This document shows positions 16,378-23,293 of a stretch of 32,000 bases of DNA, in pieces. The notes under the pieces were generated by a model, which did no database searches, was not told where the DNA came from, and saw nothing but the letters and a program-made list of their open reading frames with translations. A program made the position numbers and the translations under genes. Every line of letters begins with the position of its first letter. Positions within the stretch are counted from its first letter, which is position 1. The stretch comes from Rhodobacter capsulatus SB 1003 (GTDB lineage Bacteria; Pseudomonadota; Alphaproteobacteria; Rhodobacterales; Rhodobacteraceae), in assembly GCF_000021865.1 (NCBI RefSeq), contig NC_014034.1, forward strand, positions 2,910,001 to 2,942,000, given 5' to 3'.

Positions 16378-16785
16378 TTGCCATGGTCGAGGACCGGCTC
16401 GAGCGTGCCGCCGACGTGTTCCGGTCGCTCCCCCGAGGTGAAGCCGCAGGGTTACTTCAACGCGTGGCCTGAGTACTTCCACACCTTCGCCGATCAAGTC
16501 GGCCAGGAGCCTCGGATGCGACGGCCGAAGCCAGGCCCGCGTGACATCACGCAGGCCGAGGATACTCTCCTCTGGCTGCGCTGGCTGGACCCCGCCGACG
16601 TCCGCCTCTTGTGGCTTCGCGCGAACCGCAAGCCTTGGAAGCCGATCTGCTGGGAGTTGGGCATCAGCCGCGCCACGGCCAACCGGCGCTGGCAGTACGG
16701 CATCGCGGTCATCGTCTGGCGATTGAATGGGAAACGGGTGCCATCTAGGCGATCTATCGACTATATCGTGCGAGTAGCTGGCTGA
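16378..16785 (+). CDS. HTH protein (recalled as DUF6362-like); N-terminus apparently frame-disturbed at a C5 run
   Basis: Track ORF starting at TTG 16378. The C-terminal part LLWLRWLDPADVRLLWLRANRKPWKPICWELGISRATANRRWQYGIAVIVWRLNG is HTH-like. ATG 16383 in another frame encodes MVEDRLERAADVFRSLP and would join ...EVKPQGYFNAWPEY if the C run at 16430-16434 were one base shorter. Confidence 0.6.
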   Translation: MPWSRTGSSVPPTCSGRSPEVKPQGYFNAWPEYFHTFADQVGQEPRMRRPKPGPRDITQAEDTLLWLRWLDPADVRLLWLRANRKPWKPICWELGISRATANRRWQYGIAVIVWRLNGKRVPSRRSIDYIVRVAG

Positions 16786-16801
16786 GCACGGGAAGATAGA
16801 T

Positions 16802-17992
16802 TTGTTCGCGTTCGTTGACGAAACTGGGAATACTGGCTCGAACATCTTCGACGAAGCGCAGCCAGATTTTTTCACGGGAGCGCTCATTACCAAGTCAAAC
16901 TTCGATGTTCTGCACAAGAAATCGCTGAGCGCCCTCTGCAGGAAACACGGCATCGCGTCCCTGCATGCCTCGGTCCTTGGCTTCGGACCGATCGAGAAGA
17001 TCGCGCCCGATCTCCTCAACATCCTCAAGAGGGTCGACGCGAGGTTTTTCGTATCGCGTGTCGAGAAGCGCTATCTGGTCGCCACCAAGCTCTACGACAC
17101 CTTTTTTGATTCCGGCGAGAACCCGGCGGCGAACTGGAATGCCTACAACGTGAGGGTTCTGAAGCTGACCCTGTGCTTCAAGGTTGCGACGATCCTGACC
17201 GAAGAGATTGCCCGCGAGTTCTGGTCAATGCTGATGGCCCGCAACGAGAAACAGGCGCGCGCGAAGATCCCGGCCATTTGCGACGCCATCCTTGAGAACG
17301 TGCACCTGCTTGCCGACCAGAGGTCGAGGGATGTCGTCACAGAAACCCTGTTGTGGTCGCGCGGCCACCCGGAAGCCCTCGACATCTTCATCGCGGGGCG
17401 CCAAGCCAAGAACGGGCACATGCCGAACATGGTAGCATTCGCCAACCTGCTCGACGGCTTGGAAGGGTTCTCGAAACGGTGGAACCGCCCTCTAAAGAAG
17501 ATCATCCATGATAGGCAGTCGCAATTCGAGAGTTCGCTTGAAGAGTGGCACCGCTTGTTTTCAAACGCCTCCTGCGAGCCAATCCACCGACCCGGTGAGA
17601 CAATCGTTCTACGCAAGGTCCCAGGTTCGACCTTCGAGGTCTCGAGCTCCGACGATAGCGCGGGGATACAGATCGCAGATCTGACGCTCTGGCTGTTTCG
17701 GCAGTTCCTCGCCGGGAAGGAACTCCCCGAGGGTTCGGCTGCTCTCCTCAGCTACGTGTTCAAGAAGGGCTACCAGCAAGACTTCTCGTTTCGTGGTGTC
17801 GGGGCCCAGGTGGAAGTGCAACTCCGCGAGATCATGGAAAAGGATATTCCTCCCGAGGCGATGGAAGCAGGTCGACGTCTGCGCGAAGAGCAGGAACAAC
17901 TCCGACAGCATCTCATCGCCAAATACGAAGAAGATGGTCTAATGCCGTATCAGCGCGGCCCGTTGAAGTTGGTGTCGCCCGAAGACGACTGA
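16802..17992 (+). CDS. DUF3800-family protein, 396 aa
   Basis: TTG start. N-terminal FAFVDETGNTG and later SAGIQIADLTLWLF match the recalled DUF3800 signature (DE...QxAD). GC is clearly lower than in flanking element genes. Confidence 0.7.
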   Translation: MFAFVDETGNTGSNIFDEAQPDFFTGALITKSNFDVLHKKSLSALCRKHGIASLHASVLGFGPIEKIAPDLLNILKRVDARFFVSRVEKRYLVATKLYDTFFDSGENPAANWNAYNVRVLKLTLCFKVATILTEEIAREFWSMLMARNEKQARAKIPAICDAILENVHLLADQRSRDVVTETLLWSRGHPEALDIFIAGRQAKNGHMPNMVAFANLLDGLEGFSKRWNRPLKKIIHDRQSQFESSLEEWHRLFSNASCEPIHRPGETIVLRKVPGSTFEVSSSDDSAGIQIADLTLWLFRQFLAGKELPEGSAALLSYVFKKGYQQDFSFRGVGAQVEVQLREIMEKDIPPEAMEAGRRLREEQEQLRQHLIAKYEEDGLMPYQRGPLKLVSPEDD

Positions 17993-18133
17993 GGCTCTTG
18001 TCAATCCCATTCCGGGTAGTGAGACGATTTCTTGCGAGACATCGCATGGTGAGACGGATCGCCCAAAAGCAGCTATCCATAGCGATATACTCGGAGTGGA
18101 GCGCGCAGGCAGAGGCCGCGCCGCTGGCTTCCC

Positions 18134-18387
18134 GGGTCCAGAGAAGGGTCCAGCCGGGGTCCAATCGGCTAACCCATTGAGTTCTTGGTTCCTTCCTAGC
18201 GATATTCGTATGCTGGCGGGCGAAGCGCGGGACATCGCCAGCGACAGGGCCGGATTTTTGGGAAGCCACCCGGAAGCCACTGCCGTCTGAACCCGCCTGA
18301 AACAACGCAAAATCAGACCCTTGAAGCTGGACACCCCTGGTGGCCGCTGGACCCCACTTGGAGTCCAGTCTGGACCCCGGAGTCCGG
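18134..18387. promoter_or_regulatory. array of 8 copies of G(G/A/T)GTCCAG upstream of the ParB-methyltransferase gene (candidate operator/late-promoter region)
   Basis: Forward copies at 18134, 18146, 18157 (11-12 bp spacing), 18361 and 18380. Reverse copies (CTGGAC(A/C)C) at 18327, 18347 and 18370. The copies at 18361-18377 form a palindrome, GAGTCCAG-t-CTGGACCC. All lie in a 436-bp gap with no credible ORF. Confidence 0.45.
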
Positions 18388-18428
18388 AAGCCAGGGGTAT
18401 CCATCCTGATCCGAGGAATGACCCGCCC

Positions 18429-19805
18429 ATGACGCTGAGCTTCGCCCCAGAGCGGATCGAGATGTGGCCGCTGGCCAAGCTCCAGCCCTACGCAAGGAAC
18501 GCGAAGGCCCATCGCGCGGACCAGGTCGCGAAGATCGCCGCCAGCATGGCGGAGTTTGGCTGGACGGTGCCCTGCCTCGTGGCAGAGGACGGTGAGTTGA
18601 TCGCGGGCCACGGCCGGGTGCTTGCAGCCACGCAGTTGGGGCTGACCGAAGCACCGGTAATCGTGCTTGGGCATCTGACCGAAGCGCAGCGCCGGGCTTA
18701 CCGGATCGCGGACAACAAGCTGACCGAACTCGGCACCTGGGACGAGGCACTGCTGTCAGCGGAGCTGAACGACCTCTTGGCCGAGGATTTTGACCTGTCG
18801 CTGGTCGGCTTTTCGGACGGCGAGTTGGACAAGCTGCTGGCCTATGTGCCGGAGGGGGACGGGGAAGAAGGTGCCGCTGGGGGCTCCGTGCCGCCGGTGA
18901 CCATTCCCGAACCGCCCCGCAATCCGGCGTCTCGCACTGGCGACCTGTGGATCCTCGGCGACCATCGGTTGCTCTGCGGCGACAGCACCAGCGCGGCCGA
19001 CGTGCGCCGCCTGATGAACGGCGAGCGGGCGATCCTGTTCGCGACCGACCCGCCCTATCTGGTGGACTACGACGGCTCGAACCACCCCACCCGCAACAAG
19101 GATTGGTCCGCGTCCTATGGCACGACCTGAGACGACAGTTCGCAGGGCGCGGAGCTCTACGACGGCTTCATCGCCGCCGCGGTCGCAGAAGCCATCACTG
19201 AGGATGCTGCCTGGTACTGCTGGCACGCCTCCCGCCGCCAGGCGATGCTGGAGGCCTGCTGGGAAAAGGCGGGGGCCTTCGTCCATCAGCAGATCATCTG
19301 GGTGAAGGACCGCGGGGTTCTGACCCGCTCGCACTACCTCTGGAAGCACGAGCCCTGCTTCATGGGCTGGCGCCGCCCGAACCGCCCGCCGAAGGTGGCC
19401 GAGCAGACGCTGCCCTCGACCTGGGAGATGCCGTCCTTTGCCAAGGACGAGCGGCCCGACCATCCGACGCCGAAACCCCTCGATGCCTTCGGGATCCCGA
19501 TGCGCCAGCATGTGGCGCGGGGCGGTCTCTGCTACGAGCCCTTCTCGGGCTCCGGTTCGCAGATCATGGCGGGCGAGGCCAACGGCCGCCGCGTCTTCGC
19601 AATGGAAATCAGCCCGGCCTATGTCGATGTCGCCGTGGAGCGCTGGCAGGCCGAGACTGGCAAGGAGACCATCCTCGACGGCGACGGCCGGACCTTCGCG
19701 CAGGTGAAAACCGAGCGGCTTGGTGACGGCACCGAACCCGCGACCGATACGCCGGACACGGACGCCGCCCCCGAACCCGCGCGAAAGCGCAAGACCCCCG
19801 CGTGA
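18429..19805 (+). pseudogene. ParB-like nuclease domain / N6- or N4-DNA methyltransferase fusion interrupted by one in-frame TGA (19128-19130)
   Basis: Track ORFs 18321..19130 and 19245..19805 are in the same frame, and the 114 nt between them are stop-free with good coding sense. The ParB domain reads MTLSFAPERIEMWPLAKLQPYARNAKAH...LIAGHGRVLAA. The MTase carries motif IV FATDPPYLV, then ...YGTT*DDSSQGAELYDGFIAAAVAEAITEDAAWYCWHASRRQAMLEACWEKAG..., and motif I YEPFSGSGSQIMA (beta-class order). Confidence 0.8.
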
Positions 19806-19806
19806 C

Positions 19807-20767
19807 ATGCATGACCTGGCTTTACCTTCCTCCGGACGCGCTTCCGGAGCCGGAGACGCATGCCTCTTCGGCCTCTCCCTCTGCTCCGGCGCGGGCGGGC
19901 TCGACCTCGGGCTCACCATCGCCATCCCCGGATATCGTGCTGTGGGCCATGTCGAACGGGAAACCTTCGCCGCAGCCACTCTCGTGGCGCGGATGGAAGA
20001 CGCGTCCCTGGATCGCGCGCCTGTCTGGGACGATGTTGCCACCTTCGACGGCCGCCCGTGGCGCGGCGCGGTGGACATCGTCACTGCGGGCTATCCGTGC
20101 CAGCCATTCTCGGTCGCGGGCAAGCGCCGGGGCGCGGACGATCCGCGCCATCTCTGGCCCCATGTCGCCCGCATCATCGGCGAGGTCGAGCCGCCCTTCG
20201 TGTTCCTCGAGAATGTCGCCCATCATCTCCGCCTCGGCTTCCTCGAGGTCGCCAGCGGACTGGTCGGCATGGGCTACCGCCTTGCGGCAGGCCTCTTCAC
20301 GGCGGCGGAAGTCGGCGCGCCCCACAAGCACGAGCGGTTGTTCATCCTTGCCATCCGCGAGGGGGACGAACTTGCCGACCCCGCGCGCCTGCTCTGGCAC
20401 CCGGTCGAATGGCGGGAACCGGACGGAACTGCTCCGGCTGTGGCCGACGCCCCGTGCCAGCGCCAACGAGAACCGGCAGACGAAGCCGACGCCCTCACAG
20501 GCAGCGGGCCAGCACGGCATGAACCTCGCGACGACGGCAGCCCTATGGCCGACGCCGCAGATCGACAGTTTCCGCAGCCGGGGTGGCGAGCGGAAGGACG
20601 AGAAGGGTCTGGACCGGATGGCCCGGGACTGGCCGACGCCGATGGCGAACGACGGCTGCAAGCCGAGCGCGGGAAACCGGCGGACGGCCGACCTGACCCA
20701 TGCGGCGGGGCTGTGGATGACGCCAGCGCGAGTGCGCGCATTGCGCGAGCTCCTTGATGCGGGATGA
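19807..20767 (+). pseudogene. phage-type DNA (cytosine-5)-methyltransferase split by a +1 frameshift
   Basis: The N-terminal two-thirds lie in the frame of track ORF 19720..20757, starting at ATG 19807: motif I LSLCSGAGGLDLG, motif IV AGYPCQPFSVAGKRRG, motif VI VFLENV, motif VIII GAPHKHERLFILA. The C-terminal third makes sense only in the frame of track ORF 19802..20767, with three WPTP repeats (LWPTPRASANENR, LWPTPQIDSFRSRGG, DWPTPMANDGCKPSAGN). The switch point lies somewhere in ~20345-20430. Confidence 0.75.
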
Positions 20768-20830
20768 GGCGTCGGAGCGGTGCAGCTCTGCCGTTCCCTT
20801 GGGGAGGGGGGTCACCCCCTCCTGTCGCTG

Positions 20831-21134
20831 TCATTCATCCTCAGCATCCATGGGAAGCGGACCGTGCATCGTAAAGCACGCCTTGAGTTGCCCCTCATGC
20901 GCCAGCAAGTCCGACAGACGCCATCGCACGGAACCCGGACCGGCCTGTCGCGCCCTTGGAAAGTTCCCCTCTCGTCTCCATCGGTGAATCGATGCCGGAC
21001 TTCACCTTATAGCGCGCTGCGACTTCTTCGATCGTCAGATACTGTTCATCGGCTCGTGCTGCGGGTTCCAAATCTTCTCTCCGGTAGTGCATTCGGCGGT
21101 CGGAGTGATTCACCTGAGAACGCGCCGATGTCAA
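20831..21134 (-). pseudogene. AlpA/excisionase-family HTH gene split by a frameshift near 20990-20996
   Basis: Track ORF 20895..21134 encodes ...YLTIEEVAARYKVKSG, then turns nonsensical. Shifting the frame after GGC gives SIHRWRREGNFPRARQAGPGSVRWRLSDLLAHEGQL..., ending at the TGA complement of 20831-20833. Together these recreate the AlpA-type HTH-wing pattern. The likely start is ATG 21092 or 21134. Confidence 0.7.
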
Positions 21135-21312
21135 TTTGCGCGCAGATGGCGCAGGCGCACCATGTTACCATCTGCCTATCGAGAGGTATCCGCACATGAC
21201 GCAAGAAGGCCTAGCGAGCGCGGAATGTAGCCCAGATGTAGCCCAGAACTGGGTGAGCACAGCAATGCAGCCTCAACGCTGAAAAATTTGCTTTGCTTTC
21301 GGGGGTTTGAAG

Positions 21313-21388
21313 TGGTGCCCAGAGCCGGAATCGAACCAGCGACACGCGGATTTTCAATCCGCTGCTCTACCAACTGAGCTATCTGGGC
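21313..21388 (-). tRNA. tRNA-Phe (anticodon GAA), 76 nt with encoded CCA
   Basis: The reverse complement reads GCCCAGATAGCTCAGTTGGTAGAGCAGCGGATTGAAAATCCGCGTGTCGCTGGTTCGATTCCGGCTCTGGGCACCA. It has a 7-bp acceptor stem, D-arm GCTC/GAGC, anticodon stem GCGGA/TCCGC with loop TTGAAAA, and a T-arm with the GGTTCGATTCC motif. Confidence 0.95.
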
Positions 21389-21982
21389 ACCGGGTCTGCT
21401 TAACAAGGTCGTCAAGCCGGTGTTGGTGCGGGGTTACTAGACGAGGGCGCCGGGACTGTCCAGAGGGTATCTGCACTTTCTTGCGCAAAATCGACTGCCC
21501 CCGACACCGCGCGGAAAACGCGCACGACACCATATGCGGATCGGCCCCGCCCGCTTTCCCGGGACCTGCGCGGCCCCTTGCGGCGCCCCGTCCCTTGCGC
21601 CGCCGCCGGCGCCGCGGCGCCTGGCCCAAGCGGCTTCCGGGGGATTTGCGAGTCGGGCCCCGGCCCATCCGGGCGGAGAATATAATTCCAAAAACACGAC
21701 AAACTAAGGCGTGATTATTCCCTTGATAATCCCGACTATCTCGGTGGATATTAAATTCATACGCCGATCACCCGCCGGAAAGGAGATGCCGATGATCCGT
21801 CCCGTTCAGACCGCTCCCGCCGCAAGCCTGCGCGCGCCGATGCGGGAGATGACCTGACTCGCCCCCCGCCATCCGGGCCCCGGCCATCCCAGCCATCCGC
21901 ACCCCATCCATCCGGGCCCGCTCAGGCTGCACCCGATCCCGTCCCATCCGCTTCCGCACCTCTTTTCCTGATCGAGAGACCC

Positions 21983-23098
21983 ATGCTCACCACGATTTCG
22001 CTGTCCCGCCACATCACCGCCCAGGGCCAAAAGACCGCCGACCATGCCGACGGCCGCGTCACCATCGCCGATGGCGCCCGCCGCCTGACCGGCTGGCCGA
22101 TCGCCCGGATCGCCCGCACCACCAGCGCGCTGGTGGCCCTGCTGCTGGCGGGCCTGGCCGGGGCACCGCAGCTGCAGGCCGAAACCCTGCTCAATGTCAG
22201 CTACGACCCGACGCGCGAACTTTACCGCGAGGTGAACGCCGCCTTTGCCGAACACTGGACCGCCACCGGCCATGATGCGCCGCAGATCGAAACCTCGCAT
22301 GGCGGCTCGGGCGCGCAGGCCCGCGCGGTGATCGAGGGGCTGAACGCCCAGGTCGTCACCCTTGCGCTGGCCTCGGACATCGACAAGATCGCCAAGGCGG
22401 GCAAGCTGCCGAAGGACTGGCAGGGCAAGCTGCCGCACAATTCCTCGCCCTATACCTCGACCATCGTCTTCCTGGTGCGCGAGGGCAACCCGAAGGGGAT
22501 CAAGGATTGGGGCGATCTGGTCAAGGAGGGCATCGAGGTGATCACGCCCAATCCGAAGACCTCGGGGGGGGCGCGGTGGAACTATCTGGCCGCCTGGGCC
22601 TGGGCGGAAAAGAACGGCCAGGATCCGAAGGCCTTCCTGCATGATCTGTTCGCCCATGTGCCGGTGCTGGACAGCGGCGCGCGGGGGGCGACGACGACCT
22701 TTGCCCAGCGCGGCATCGGCGACGTGCTGCTGGCCTGGGAAAACGAGGCCTATCTGTCGCTGAAGGAGCTGGGCGAGGATCAGTTCGACATCGTCGTGCC
22801 CTCGGTCTCGGTTCTGGCCGAGCCGCCCGTCGCGCTGGTCGAAGGCAACATCGCCAATGACGCGCAAAAGGAGCTGGCGACGGCCTATCTGGACTTCCTG
22901 TACAGCCCCGAGGGTCAGGCGATCGCCTACAAGAATTTCTACCGCGCCTGGGATGCGTCGAAAGCCGATCCGGCCGATGTGGCGCGGTTCCCGAAGCTTG
23001 AGCTGGTGGACATCGCCCATTTCGGCGGCTGGGCCAAGGCGCAGCCCGAACATTTCGGCGACGGCGGCATCTTCGACCAGATCTACACCGCGAAATAA
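21983..23098 (+). CDS. sulfate/thiosulfate ABC transporter periplasmic substrate-binding protein (Sbp/CysP family)
   Basis: [22 protein letters not shown]...[24 protein letters not shown]-type core (here [16 protein letters not shown]), then [27 protein letters not shown] and [20 protein letters not shown]. The N-terminus is unusually long (~70 aa before the AXA-like cleavage site LQA/E) and contains RRLTGW. No in-frame ATG, GTG or TTG lies between ATG 21983 and the signal peptide. Confidence 0.85.
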   Translation: MLTTISLSRHITAQGQKTADHADGRVTIADGARRLTGWPIARIARTTSALVALLLAGLAGAPQLQAETLLNVSYDPTRELYREVNAAFAEHWTATGHDAPQIETSHGGSGAQARAVIEGLNAQVVTLALASDIDKIAKAGKLPKDWQGKLPHNSSPYTSTIVFLVREGNPKGIKDWGDLVKEGIEVITPNPKTSGGARWNYLAAWAWAEKNGQDPKAFLHDLFAHVPVLDSGARGATTTFAQRGIGDVLLAWENEAYLSLKELGEDQFDIVVPSVSVLAEPPVALVEGNIANDAQKELATAYLDFLYSPEGQAIAYKNFYRAWDASKADPADVARFPKLELVDIAHFGGWAKAQPEHFGDGGIFDQIYTAK

Positions 23099-23131
23099 GC
23101 CCGGTCCCGGCCCGGCCCCGGCCCAGCTTGC

Positions 23132-23160
23132 GGCGCCCCTTCGGGGGCGCCTTTCGTTTT
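23132..23160 (+). terminator. rho-independent terminator after the sulfate-binding protein gene
   Basis: GGCGCCCC-TTCG-GGGGCGCC perfect 8-bp stem followed by TTTCGTTTT. Confidence 0.75.
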
Positions 23161-23293
23161 GCCGCAACGGCACGGGCGCCCGCGCGCATCAACGCTTCCT
23201 TGTCGGTTTTCCTGCCCTATGATCGGGCCACCGTTCGGCCGGGCATTCCGAATCGCCCGCCCGATCCCCGGACCCGCTGCAAAGGGAGAGACG

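Larger units (their letters stand above)
1228..21312. mobile_element. integrated phage-like / satellite-like element (serine recombinase module to tRNA-Phe); boundaries not defined
   Basis: Contiguous recombinase, phage recombination/replication, origin, resolvase, methyltransferase and AlpA genes end at the 3' end of tRNA-Phe. Codon and GC patches differ from the core genes to the right. I found no att direct repeat of the tRNA 3' end within the window, so the left boundary is unknown. The block may be composite (two nested or adjacent elements). Confidence 0.55.

Noticed and set aside
18096-18290. 64-aa plus-strand ORF (and the 60-aa ORF 17998..18180) in the gene-free gap
   Set aside because: No RBS, poor codon periodicity and low-complexity translation. 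The gap is treated as non-coding pending transcript data.
19128-19130. The in-frame TGA as a selenocysteine codon
   Set aside because: I can see no SECIS-like hairpin immediately downstream, methyltransferases are not known selenoproteins, and the context fits a simple TGG-to-TGA change better.
21176-21714. Track ORFs 21176..21415 (-) and 21307..21714 (+) overlapping the tRNA locus
   Set aside because: They run through a canonical tRNA-Phe and GC-rich spacer and show no protein-like composition.
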